From positions 1,332,284-1,380,771 of the forward strand of contig NC_068988.1 of the NCBI RefSeq assembly GCF_001194135.2: a DNA stretch of 48,488 nucleotides, in the 5' to 3' direction. The DNA comes from Octopus bimaculoides. Lineage: Eukaryota. The notes beneath the pieces were generated by a model. The model searched no databases. It had not been told where the DNA came from and saw only the letters and a list, made by a program, of their open reading frames with translations. How positions within the stretch are numbered: position 1 is the first letter of the stretch; every line of letters begins with the position of its first letter. Made by a program: the position numbers and the translations under genes. Positions 22,761 through 35,700 of the stretch are shown piece by piece.

Positions 22761-23597
22761 GTAAGTTCAAAGATGTTTATTATTTCTAGGGAATATCTGA
22801 ACGGTGGAGTTCTGTGAGTCGGTCTTTTGTTGTGTATTAATCCTATTTTATTGATGTTTTCGCCTTTAATTAAGCCAATCTTTGTTTCTTTCTTTCCTCA
22901 ACCCCCATCTGTCTTTCATATAACTGTGTTACCGTCAGGGAAGAGCTCCGAATTTTCTGGACTCCATCCTTTCTTGTCGGACTGAAATATAAATGTCTAT
23001 AAATTACTATCGATGGTAATTGTCAATTAAATATGTATATTCAATATACGTACATAAACATACTTGTCTTACGAGAATTTTCTTTTTAACCCAATCTGTT
23101 ATGTAGCATCTTTATTATTTTTTTGAGCACGAGATAGACACGTAAATATATATTTCGACAAATTTTTTGTCATAGATAATAATATTGTAATTGGCTGCAG
23201 AAGTAATATTTGTTTATTAAACAGGCCACACACACATACACACAATGGTACCGCTTTCCTGCTTCACCCCTTCCTACAACCTCTATTTCTTCTCCTCCTC
23301 CTCCTCTTATGATGTCTCCAGGTATTTTCTATTACGCCCTACAAGTGTTACTATCACACACGCATACGCGCGCGCACATAGACACGCAAACACGTGCGTG
23401 TGTGCGTGTGCGCGCGCACGTCTGCATGCACAAACACACGGGTCACTCGATTTTGCTATATATATATGTATGTATGTATGTGTGTGTGTGTAGACACACC
23501 GACAATAATAGCTAACGTCGATAGACTGGTCTAGCAAAAGATATTCCACAACTAAACGTGTGTGTGTGTGTTTACACACATTGCATGTATATACACG

Positions 23598-23635
<38 letters not shown>

Positions 23636-24146
23636 GAGGCATAACTACAGATTGGTGCCCTCTTAACTTAGTATCCTCATAACTTGAGAAATTTATATTT
23701 TTAGATTAAATTTTTTAGAGACACGTTTCCTAGGGTGTAGATTATGATTATATTGATAAATTTAAAAAAGACATGAAAACAGAGAACTATTATATAAGAA
23801 TTTTAGGTCTTCCACCCGTTCTCCAGCTTGTTTCTTTATTCTTCCTTATGTTTTAATGACATTTTGCAGAAATACGTATTTGATCGTGTAGATTATATAA
23901 GATCAATGTTTCAAATACAGAAATCTGGGGGGAAAAAAAAAATGATGAAGTTAAGGAATTTGGTAAGAGTTAGTAGGGGTGAAAGAACGATCCGAAACTC
24001 CTTTCAGAAAGTTATTTTCTAAATTTCACCAGCATAATCATAATCTTCATCCTCGAAAGACTATTTCTGCAAAATTGCATTGAAAGATATTCCTTCTTCA
24101 GAAACTTATGGGGAAACAAAATCGGCAGGGCACTAATGTGTAGTTA

Positions 24147-24183
<37 letters not shown>

Positions 24184-24184
24184 C

Positions 24185-24555
24185 TGAAGGACGACCGCAG
24201 GATACTGAACCTTTTAGACAAGACGACAAAAGACCTTGATTCCTGGTGCCTTGTTGCACTCAAGAAGATCCGTCCTCCATAGTAGAAGCATTCACATGGC
24301 TCTCCCTGGTGAAGAAGCTTTGCCTGCAAGGATGCTGTGCTGGTAACTCATAAAAAAACACTTGTGTTGGTGCTATGTAAAAGCAGCTGTGCCGCTGCCA
24401 TGCTAAAAGCACCCACCATATACCGTTAAGTGGTTGGCATTAGGAAGGGCATCCAGATATAGGAACCCTGCCAAATCAGACCGGAACCTGCTGCAGCTGT
24501 CCAGCTCTGGTCAAACCGTCCAACCCATGCCAGCATGGAAAACGGATGTTGAATC
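24185..24555 (+). mobile_element. RTE LINE 3' end
   Basis: KDDRRILNLLDKTTKDLDSWCLVALKKIRPP* then the RTE 3' UTR (GGAAGGGCATCCAG...CCAACCCATGCCAGCATGG). Confidence 0.75.
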
Positions 24556-25221
24556 TATCTTCGCAAACAAAACTAAGATTAAGCATGAGCCATAAGCTTA
24601 TTTTGTCAGGTGAAACACCTCCACAGCACAATCTGTTGTGTTTTTATGTTTTATACAAGCAATCAGCTCTTTAGTATTACCTAAGTGTACCTTTGCCTAC
24701 ATACCTTACGCATATGTGCGTACATGCGTGTCTTCCCCTGCTCCACTTTGTACAAATTGCATGACACCATTAAGGTACAATTAAATTTGTTAGCAGTAAA
24801 TTATGAAACTGAAAGAACTGCCTGAATCAGTTTGTATTCTTCAAATACTCCAAAGTATATTTCTAGGTAATCAGGCTTTGATTAATAATAAACATTATAA
24901 ACACGTGTTTAGGGTACCCTAAGAGAAAAGGACCCCTACTGAGTTTTCTTTGATGCCAGATTTATCATTGTACAAATTGTAAATTAGAACATCAAAAATA
25001 AGAAAAATCCTGTTGAAAATGCATTTTTTTCTCTCTTGCTTCAGTTATAAGTAAATAATTTGCTCATATTGTTTAGCGCTATTTAATGTGAAATAAAATT
25101 TAAGAAAAGAAAAAGAATTTAAAATCTAAAATGTTGTTGTGGTCTGGAAGAAAACTGGATGTTTTAATCTACGATTTCCCATCCAATATTTATGTTCTTA
25201 TTTCTCAATTATCAGCCAGAC

Positions 25222-25461
25222 CAGTGGTTCTTAACTGGGGGTCCACGTAAGATTTTTTTTGTTAAAATTTATGTGCAATAAATCACTAATACCTCAACAG
25301 TACACAAAATATCTGAACGATTTTCTCTTTACTATTCCTTATAATATTTAATTATAAAAATCTAATGCAACTTTTATAAACATCGAATGGTTCTGGAAGT
25401 CCAGTAAAAGTAAACTCACAATCAAATGGGTCCAGAAAAAAAAAATGGATGAGAACTACTG
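25222..25461. mobile_element. hAT-type MITE (240 bp)
   Basis: TIR CAGTGGTTCTTAAC versus rc CAGTAGTTCTCATC; imperfect 8-bp TSD AGCCAGAC/AGTTAGAC. Confidence 0.7.
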
Positions 25462-25614
25462 AGTTAGACAAGGTGTGGTGGGGGAGAGGAACCATTTCTA
25501 TGGGGCTGTGTTTAGGGCATGAATCAACATTAATCTAACCCTGATGATAATATCAAGCATGCTATTACACAAAAATAACACTAAATTTTTTCTGCTGTTT
25601 CTTCCAACCTGTAG

Positions 25615-25655
25615 CCACACAAGTTGTGATTTACGGCTCTCTGTTTGGATGTCAG
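25615..25655 (+). CDS. Possible internal exon (A)TQVVIYGSLFGCQ, phase 1 to 0
   Basis: Strong pyrimidine tract plus TAG; donor CAG|GTGTAT only moderate; phase fits 22679-22760. Confidence 0.22.
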
Positions 25656-25869
25656 GTGTATCAAATAAACTTGATTTTTTTTCATGTCTGATGTTTGTGA
25701 GAATTGTAATGTTTGATCGACCCCCCCCATGCCTTTCTTGCCCCCACCCTAGTCACCTTCTTCCTGTTTATTTTTCTACCCCCCTTTTTAAATAAAATGT
25801 CCCTTCTCCAAGCATTATCACACTTCCTGTCTTATGCAGAATCCCCTGTGATTATCTTTTATCCTTAAC

Positions 25870-26230
25870 TTTTTCCAGTCATGAAACTGTGGCCATGCTG
25901 GGGTACCACCTTGAAGAACTTTCAGTCGAATAAATTGACCCCAGAACTTATTTTTTTTTTTAAAGCCTGGTACTTGTTATATCAGTCTCTTTTACTGAAC
26001 CACTAAGTTATGGGGATGTAACCCAACAATGGTTGTCAAATGGTGGCAGCCACACACATGCACACATGACAGACTCCTTTCAGTCTCCATCTACCAAATT
26101 CACTCACAAGGCTTTGGTCAGCCTGAGGTTATAGTAGAAGACACTTGCCCGAGGTGTCACGTAGTGGGATTGAACCTGAAACCATGCGGTTGGGAAGCAA
26201 ACTTCTTACCACACAGCCACACCTGTACCT
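25870..26230 (-). mobile_element. Family-A SINE, near full length
   Basis: Reverse complement of 12606-12990. Confidence 0.8.
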
Positions 26231-26914
26231 GTGTATCATAAATAAATTGATTAACACCTCATCACGAAACTGTTTTTGAACTGAACTTAATATCAATTTG
26301 GTGATTAACGCTTATTGATCTTTGGTGATTACACACTAATAAAAAAATATAAAGAGTAACAAAAACAGAAGAAATAAAACCAAAACTGGGTTAATCCCAA
26401 TTTAGACTTGCATGCACATGTTTGCATGTAAACAAGATATTAGCAAGCATGGTTCGGTGAAAATCAAGCACCTCTTCTTGATATCAAAATTTATTTGCCG
26501 GAATTCTCATTATGTGTTTGTAGATTTTGTGTTGGACACAACATGGGGGTTTTAACAAACATACCATGGTTTAGGCAGTGACCATGTGGCATACTGGACT
26601 GCATGGAGTAAACTGAACTTGGATGTAGTGTTGTAGTTTAGCCACACTTTGAAAATGGTTTATGCATGTTCTCACATTGGGCGTTTGTTGTGACCTCTTT
26701 GTGTGTATTTATTGTGTATTTCTCAACTTACAAGACACGGATTCTTGGAATCAGTATTTTGTTGTTTTTTTTTGTACATGTGTGCACATGCACATACACA
26801 CAAGAGTTTTGCTCAAGGATACAATGTACTACACAGTCGTGGAATCCACGATCGTTAGACCGTGGCTGCAACATCCTAACCACTATGCCATGTGCCTTCA
26901 CACGCACACACAAC

Positions 26915-27215
26915 TGGCACTCCATTGTTTATGACAATGGATGTCCCAGTTGATCCAATCAATGGAACAGCCTGTTCGTGAAATTAACAAGCAAGTGGCT
27001 GAGTACTTGACAGACATGCTTACTCCTAATGTAGTTCTCAGGGAGATTCAGTATGACAACACTAGCCCCTTGAATTACAGGTACCACTAATTTTTGCCGG
27101 CTGAATGGACAGGAGCAATGAAATAAACATGAAATAAAGTGTCTTGCACATGGACACATGCCACTGGGGATTGAACTCATGTCCTTGTGATTGTGAGCCA
27201 AATACCCAACCACAA
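26915..27215 (-). mobile_element. Family-D SINE
   Basis: Colinear with 6420-6712. Confidence 0.7.
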
Positions 27216-27243
27216 AACTACACACCTTCATATATATATATAA

Positions 27244-27615
27244 GTGCAGGTGTGGCTGTGTGGTAAGTAGTTTGCTTCCCAACCACATGGTTCTGAGTTC
27301 AGTCCCACTGTGTAGCACCTTGGGCAAGTGTCATCTACTATAACCTCTGGCCAACCAAAGCCTTTTGAGTGGATTTGGTAGATGGAAACTGGAAGAAGCT
27401 CTTTGTGTGTGTGTCTGTGTTTGTTCCCCTGCCATTGCTTGACAGCCGAAGCTGGTGTGTTTATGTCCCCGTAACTTAGTGGTTCAGCAAAAGAGACTGA
27501 TAGAATAAGTACTAGGTTTACAAAGAATAAGTCCTGGGGTTAATTTCTTTGACTAACACCGTTTAAGGTGGTGCTCCAGCATGGCTGCAGTCAAATGATT
27601 GAAACAAGTAAAAGA
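27244..27615 (+). mobile_element. Family-A SINE, full length
   Basis: Colinear with 12606-12990. Confidence 0.85.
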
Positions 27616-28540
27616 ATATAAATCGTCATTCTAATGGCTACATTAACAGGTTCAAATGTGTTGAACAGAATTTGTTGGGGTAAATTTCCTGTGGTCAGGT
27701 GCTCTTCCTGTTGCCAACCTTTTCAACAGAGGTAAAATTTCCCTGTGGCCAAACATGTTTTTATGAAAGAATGAAAACAGAAGACACCGTATGATGATGA
27801 TGATACTGGTTTACTTCTACTACGTGATGTCAAGATAAGGACACACACACGATGGATTTCTTTCAGTTTCTGTCCACCAGATCTACTCAAAAGGTTTTGG
27901 GCAGTTCAGGGCTATAAGTAGAAGACACCCTCCCAAAGTGCCAATCAGTGGGATTGAACCTGAAGCTATGTGGTTTGGAAGTGGCCTTTTTACCCCACAC
28001 AGCCATGCCTGCACCTCAGCCATGCATGTACACACACATACACACCTAAATAGAACAGAACAGATAAGAAAAGTGAGGTTAGAGCATGGGTCTCCAAAGT
28101 GGTCGACATCGACCCCAAGGTGTCAACAGGACTATTCAAGGGGTCAGTAAATGCCTGAAACTGCACATCTACTTACTTATTATCAGTATTTATTTTTTTG
28201 TACATGCCTGGAGGTTGTTAAGGGGTCAAGGATTCCATGAAGGGACCTAAAATGTCTGGGTTGGAGAATAGTTGTTGAAAGGCAAAAACTGACATCAACC
28301 GACCAAAATTGTGAGTGGAGTTACCGTATCTCATATTAGAATCGTTTGCTGAGTAATGAGAAAATAAGGATCTGATGAATGACTCATAACCTTTTAAGTT
28401 GGGAGAGGTGGTGGGGTGAGGGGTGGGATCCGAATCCTGAGCCAGGATAATCAATATATTGAGTGAACCGTTTAAAAGCTACAGGTAAGTCACCTGAACG
28501 TGTTCTAATGTGTTTCATATATTCCTCCCCTTTATATTAG

Positions 28541-28636
28541 TCGAGGGACAGAGGTCCATGGAAATTTATGGATGTTGGTGCTCAGTGTAAAATCAATATT
28601 GGAACTGTGGGAAAACAGAAAAAGAAATGGAAGAAG
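28541..28636 (+). CDS. Possible internal exon, 96 nt (phase 0: SRDRGPWKFMDVGAQCKINIGTVGKQKKKWKK; the phase-2 frame is also open)
   Basis: Acceptor TTCCTCCCCTTTATATTAG, donor AAG|GTGAGA, length a multiple of 3, unique sequence. Confidence 0.4.
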
Positions 28637-29689
28637 GTGAGAGCGTTGGAGATGAGTCATGAGTGTGAACATGACCAAAATATGAGAAACTTAGAATTAA
28701 TTGAAAGAGTTTGAAAATTTCGTAGGAATTCTGATTCTGTTGGAAGAGAATATATCTAAACTTGATATGAAATTGTACGACAGATGTAGGTGTTTGTCTT
28801 CATTTTTTGTTTAGAAAATTCTGGAACATTAGACATGTTTATTACCACAGAAGAAACAATTCTTATTTGAGAACTGTATATATTGCTAAAGTTCTGTGAA
28901 TACATTTGGTATTAAATATTTGCAACACAGAAACAAAGTTATAAAAGTAAAGATTAAACGGATTTATGATTTATACTCATGATTAGTCATTAGTCTTAAC
29001 GGAAGACCAGGGGGTTTTCTGTATGGGTCTTGATCTTCTGAACCCACACTCTCTTCTATTCATGTTCTTACACCTTCAAATTATGCCACCACACCTCATT
29101 ATCACCACCTTTATCTCTCTTTTTGGTTTCACTCCATTTACTCCCATCCACCCTTGTATAATGCTTTGGGGTAGCTATGTATGTCTTCTAAAACAACAAA
29201 CCTGTGTCTGTCCTTTCAATTATACTTTAACCTCTCAACACTTAACCTAATTTTCTCTCTCNNNNNNNNNNAAGGAGCCTTCTTAGTCTTGTGAGGTACA
29301 TTGTGGCTGTATTAGTGCTGGTACCATGAAAAACGTACCAAGTACACTGTAAAGTGGTTGGTGTTCTAGAAATCATGCCAGAACTGAAACTGTGGTGAAA
29401 GCTGTGTTCCTCCAACCTGTTGGATCCTATCAGGCTGTCCAACATGGAGAGCAGGTCTATAACAATGAGGGTTTACTGAAAGTAGTCTACACATTTCTAT
29501 TATCTCTGTTTTATCCAATTGAAACTGGAATTGTCTGACACTTTACCGACTTCTATAATCCACTGGATTGGTGTTGGTCTCTGCTAATTTGCGGGTAGAA
29601 TCGTCTCTCTCTTCACTCCCCTCAGTTATCCACTGTCTGGTGTTGATCTTGGATATGTAATGGTTTGAGTGGGTTCATTAAATACTTTT

Positions 29690-29735
29690 CCCTTCGTTCA
29701 CGGACAAACAAACACCTCTGCCTTAGTGGAGGTAA
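29690..29735 (+). mobile_element. 3' end of a second HINE-like element
   Basis: CACGGACAAACAAACACCTCTGCCTTAGTGGAGGTAA; terminal ACCTC...GAGGT hairpin similar to 3060-3099. Confidence 0.45.
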
Positions 29736-32393
29736 CCATAACAACGATAATTATTATTATGGTATTCCCTCTGGTTGAAGCAAATGTTGTTTACATGTCC
29801 TCCTAAGCAGTTATACCTGATGAAATAGTTTTTATCAAACTATTCACAAATTACTTTCCAAAGTCTCCCACCTGCCCTACAAAGTTTGACAGTGGTTTAT
29901 TTTTAAACAAAGTTGATTTTTTTTTCTTTCATGACACTCATCTATAAAAAATTGTTAAAAATATTCTATGCCACACCCTCAAGAAGAAAGAAAAACAGAA
30001 GTTGGAGAAAATAACCAAGTTTGTATACAGAAAACCAACAAACAAAAAGAATGATATTTTAGTTGCAATACAGAATATTAATAATAGCAAGCATGAGAAA
30101 AAAAAGTAAAAGTTTGTTTTTGCTTGAAATTTAAATGTATTGAGTAGAAATGTTGCCAATAGCAACAATATTTGTACACATGTTATGTGGAATGTAAATA
30201 TGAAGAATGGAACCCTACCCCTTGCAAAATGAAAAATAAATACATAAAGAAAAAGGTTCTCAGTATAATACATTTTGCTGAAAGAACTAAAGCAGTGCAA
30301 CATTTTGAACACAAGGCAGGCACCAGCCTACCACACATCTGCAGAGGTGCACAAGGGAACGAGTATTGTTTACCTGTGATTTGCTTGGACAATGGAGGAT
30401 GAGTGGGTTTTCTTGTTCCAACCAAGGAAGACCCGGAAATCCTGGCAGATATTTTAAGTGAAATCCTCTCCATTGGATGGCAGAGGACAAATGGCACCAT
30501 ATGTATCATTTTTAAACCAGAGGATACTGCAAAAACAAACCTCAATTGCACACAACACACTTAACCATAAGCTGGTCTTGTTTTTTTTTTATGAACGAGG
30601 AACACAGGGTTCTCTGTCGGGACATTTGTGCTTCTGATGTTGATATTGTGCCATGTGGTCACCCTCATGGCACAATATGGCAGGTGGTCAGTGTTGATAT
30701 AACTTTTGATATGTGGTCAGGTGTGTGTGTATGTGTTGGGGGGGGAGTACCTTGGACATAACAAGTTCTCATGAGTCTACAAAATAATACCAGAACTGCG
30801 TCTGGAAAAGGGTGCTGAGAGGAAGACCTTCAAACTCAGCATCCAGATGGCCCAACTGCTACATACATGGATTCAACTGAAGTTAGCTTTGTCTTTCATT
30901 TTATCAGAGGTCATGTCAGAAGTGGGTGCATGCGCCACACGTTACTGCATTCACCATTTGTCATTCCTGGGTTCTCCTGGCTGATCAGTCAAGTCCCAGT
31001 CAGTCCCCATCTCCACAAGATAGCTCCTCATCTGCCATGACCATGTGACCAACCAACATGAACCCAGCCAAATCCGCTGTGAAGAAAATATGCTAAGCAA
31101 GGTCTAACTCAGAAAATCACGTAACACGGCCAAACAGCCTGAGCTGGTGCTCCCTAATCATACAAATAACAGAACGTATCCCAGTTTCTGGGTAGAGTCG
31201 TTGGTCGGATACAAAATCTGACCAAAGGTAACCCATAATCTTGGGAAGCATTCTGGTGCCAAAGGAGTTTGGGTGGTTCCCAAGGGTCCAAGTCTCACGA
31301 CTATAGAGCAGGACAGAGAAGACCAGAGACCTCTAAAGACCCTAAACTTTGTCATCCTGCTCAGATAACAGCCGCACCAAACACCCTTGTCCCCAACTGC
31401 ACCAGCCACACCCAAGTCTTTTTAGGACTTCAGCCTTGCAGCTAATGGGGGTTTACCAACCAAATATTGGGGTTGATTGAAAATGCTTATCAGCAGTTGT
31501 TCTGCTTCTTTATGTTGCAATTTCAAATTCTACTCAGGTCATCTTTGTCAGTCATCCTTTTGGGGGTGGGGTGGGGTCAATGAAATAATGCACCAATCTA
31601 GTACTGGGGGTCAATGCAATCAGCTACCTTCCACCACCACCTCCACCACCAATTGCTAGTTTTGTCCCATACTTTGAAGTCATTATTATGAAGATCCTCC
31701 TGCACCTTCTGGTTGTGTAGGACCCTTATAAACTCATACCACATTAGTTTTGGGAGTTCACTGGAGGGTCATAAGCAGTACCCCTCCCCCCTCTCTCTCT
31801 GTGGATTCTATTCTGGTGCTTTGCAACAACATTTGTGTTAATGTGACTCCAGAATGCTGGAGAATTTGAACTCAGAACATACTGAGCTGGAATACTCAAG
31901 ACATCATCTCCTATGTTCGTTCTGACCATTTCACCATTCCATTTCCCTCAAATGGTCCTTTATTCAGCCTGAGAAAAAAAAAAAAAATTGAAAAGCAAAA
32001 TTGACCTTCGTGGGATTTGAACTCAAATCATAAAGAGTCAGAACAAGGCATTTTATTTAATGTTCTAATGACTCCATTAGTTTACTGTCTTCTATTACAA
32101 AACAGAAATATTAGTGCCACACAACAACTGACTGTATTCTAAGATGAAATCCAATTGAAGTTGGTTTTGCCCTCTCACCTCTCCCTGGGGCAATAAAATA
32201 TTTGCCAGTCAGATATTGAGGTCAGTTTAACTGCTGACGTCCTCTGCCTCCAGCTGCTGCTGCCAACCATTTTACCATTGTGACCTATTTTGGTAAATCC
32301 ATAATCCTCTTTAACCCCCTTTTTTTTTGTTTGTGTTTTTATTCTTCATTTATTTTTCTTGGGGAAATAATATCCCTCAGTTTTTGTTGGCAG

Positions 32394-32754
32394 TAAACAT
32401 GACTGGCAGAACCAAATCCAAAGGCGTAGTTTTTCGGCAATATATCTAAGGTCCTTAGGGCTTGTCCTGTATATCACATGCGATATACAGGACATATCTC
32501 TCTGGCATCCATGCATCATGTATGATCCGCATTCCCAGTTCTTTCAATCGCCAGAGAAACTTGGGATTTACGAATGGAAAGATTGATATTAACTCAAAAT
32601 GTATGAAACACGGGTTAACTGAAAGTCTGAAAACAAGCATGGCTGTTTCGGAGAAACTTATGGAAATGCTTTGGGCAGGTAGAGGGTTAAAAAACCATAG
32701 TCATATTGCTGAAAACTATGTCTTTGAATTTGGTTTTGGCCTGTTACATATTTA
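32394..32754. mobile_element. MITE-like element with ~50-bp imperfect terminal inverted repeats
   Basis: TAAACATGACTGGCAGAACCAAATCCAAAGGCGTAGTTTTTCGGCAATAT versus rc of right end TAAATATGTAACAGGCCAAAACCAAATTCAAAGACATAGTTTTCAGCAATAT. Confidence 0.6.
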
Positions 32755-35700
32755 GTGGTGTAACTATTAATTCTCTCCAGAATTAATTCTGTAACAAATG
32801 TTTGACATAGTAAGATAAAATGAAGTTATTTTTTTATGTTGGAATAGGAAGAAGCCATTGTGAATCACAAATGTAACCATAAACCAGTTTGTGTTGTTGA
32901 ACAGTTTGTAAAATGTAGTTAGCAATATTTGTATTGGTGAAGATGTAAATTACTGATAGTAGAGGTTTGGTTTCTGCTGTTGGAATTGGAAAGAATTTAA
33001 AATGACTACCATAGTGACTACCATGTTATTGTTATATGATGGAATCGGGAGAGGACATTAAAAGTTAACCAACCAGCCTCCACAGTCTAACCGTTTATAA
33101 AATGTAGTTTAACATTAGAAATAATGGTGTAGATGTAGAACAGAGATAGTAGACATTTCATTTTTGAAGATGGAATTGGAAAGAATTTAAAATGGCTGTT
33201 TCAGCAATGGGAAAAGAACAACAACAGCAACAACTAAAAGCTTGATTTGATACAACTTCAAATCATAAAGTCTTTGAAGTCACAATGGTAATTAGATAGG
33301 ATCTGTTAGTAAATGCATTTCCATTTTAACATGTTTTATTTTCGGTTTGTTTTCCTTTACGGTATTAAAAACACCTATTATCCATTGTATTTAGTTTGTG
33401 TTGCTGATTGACACCATCACTGGTGAGAAGTAGCATAAAATAAAATAAAATTTAACCTAAAAATATAAATAAAAAATAAATGAATGAAAGATGGTATATA
33501 CAAATGTATCTTTTTTTTCTAAAGATTTGTTTGAACCTAAATTCTGTTGATCTGTTTAGCAAATGGTTTGTTAATATGTTAAAATCAGTGTTCTCAAAAT
33601 ACCTTCTTTAATTATAAGTGTTAACAGATTTAAAAGTTTCATCTTGTCAATTCATTTAACTCTGGCTGAATACTGAATGCCCACTGCTTTAATGTCTACT
33701 TTTCAATGCTTTTATGGGTCAGACAAAATTTATTGAAGCAAATTTTCTATAGCTGGATACTCTCCCTGTTGCTGACCCTTACCTGTTACCAAGCAAGATG
33801 ATATTTCCCTTAGTCCTTCAATCTGCACAATAGCCTAACATGGTTGCTTCATCAGTTAACATCTGTTTTCCATGCTGGCATGGGTTGGATGGTTTGACTG
33901 AAAACTGGTAAACCAAGTTCTGATCTGATTTGGCAAGGCTTCTATGGTTGGATGCCCTTCCTAAAGCCAACTACTCTGGGAGTGTAGTGGGTGCTTTTTA
34001 TGTCCGACCAGCATGGGTGCTATTGACCTGACACCAGCATCAGCCACGACAGGTCTACACAAGCACAGTATATTGCCAAAGTCCTTGGTCACCTTTGGCG
34101 ATATACTGTGCTTTATCTATGTCAGGGACCACCAAACTTTTTCAAAACCGTCGACCCCCTTTAGCAACTTCTCCTTCTGCATCGACCACTCTCCTCATTT
34201 AAATATCTTAATACCCTACCCTACCCTACCCTACCATATCTTAAATGCGTACTGGGTACTGATGCTGGCAATTAAAATGTTAGCTAAAAAATACATGTTC
34301 GACAAATTAAGAAATTCTATTGAAGATGACTCACTTTTTACATTTAAAACTTCGTGTATGAGTCTACAGTATTAAACTTTCAATTTTTATGAAATTGTTT
34401 TCACGGTTAGAAAACGTGAAAAACACGTTTGCCCATGTTTCATGGCGCTGACTAATTATTTCAAGCAGTTCATCTGGATGAGCTGCATGCCAACCTCCAT
34501 TTGACCCCTTGGTTATCATCGAGCCCCTGTAATTCCTTGCCAACCCGAGGGGGTCCCTTGGATCCCCTTTGATGACCCATCATCTATATCAAGGATTGAA
34601 GGTCTTTTCCAAGGTAAAGGCTCATAAGAGCAGTTTCTCAGATTCTACCCTCCCTCCAGACCGTATGCCAATCCATTGCCAGATTACTCATCTTTGCCAG
34701 CTGGAGCAACGTTAAATGGAATGTTTTGCTTAAGAGCACAACACGTCACCCGGTTCCGGAATCGAAACCACAATCTTACAATCACTAATCTGCGGCCATC
34801 CACCATCATACATACATGTGTGTGTGTGTACTGGTTGAATCCCTGCCCAACCTCTTATAGGCCCCTGAGTAGAAACATGAAATGCAGGAAATATATTTAC
34901 TTAAGACCAACTGTGGAGCACTTGTAGTGCTGCTCTGATCCATTAAATACATTCAGAAATTTGTTTAATAATCAGTGTGACTCTTCTGAAAATGTTAGTT
35001 TTATATCATGTAAATGCAGTTAAAACAAACTCTGTTTATTTCTATTAGTGATCTTGAAAGAATGGGCATAACAAATGAGCCAAGATATATAGTTTGTTAC
35101 GAAAGGCATTAGATTATAAGGTATTAAGGCTAATTTGAAGAAAGCTGGCACTATAATCTAGAGAGCATCCTGTGATGCCTTCATCCTAAGATCTCTGTAA
35201 TGTTAAGAATATATGCAGTTTCAGCTAATGATGGAATCACAAATGGTTTACTGCAATCTGCACGGTTCTTAATAACTATGCAAATTGCAGTAAATCGCTG
35301 TGATGTCTTGAATATATATCATATGAAAACTTGAGTGTTACCCACCAAATGATGGGTTACGTTGGATGTGAACTTTTGTCACAGTGGCTAATATTAGGAA
35401 ATATGGCATGAATACAATAATTATAATTTAACTTTAATNNNNNNNNNNNNNNNNNNNNNNNNNNNNNNNNNNNNNNNNNNNNNNNNNNNNNNNNNNNNNN
35501 NNNNNNNNNNNNNNNNNNNNNNNNNNNNNNNNNNNNNNNNNNNNNNNNNNNNNNNNNNNNNNNNNNNNNNNNNNNNNNNNNNNNNNNNNNNNNNNNNNNN
35601 NNNNNNNNNNNNNNNNNNNNNNNNNNNNNNNNNNNNNNNNNNNNNNNNNNNNNNNNNNNNNNNNNNNNNNNNNNNNNNNNNNNNNNNNNNNNNNNNNNNN

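Noticed and set aside
23921-23962. 42-nt AG...GT open exon candidate EIWGEKKNDEVKEF
   Set aside because: Poor pyrimidine tract and homopolymer runs; no independent support
24803-24866. MKLKELPESVCILQILQSIFL(G) followed by G|GTAATC, resembling one leucine-rich repeat
   Set aside because: In-frame stop immediately upstream, no usable acceptor, single isolated repeat; probably chance
28815-28899. KFWNIRHVYY...LRTVYI resembles the 40198 candidate exon (QFWFYHKIYF...KRQIYI)
   Set aside because: Ends in an in-frame TGA without a good donor; AT-rich composition can explain the similarity
30390-31420. GC-richer unique-looking stretch with short protein-like frames
   Set aside because: No recognisable motif, many stops; possibly an old LINE relic but unsupported
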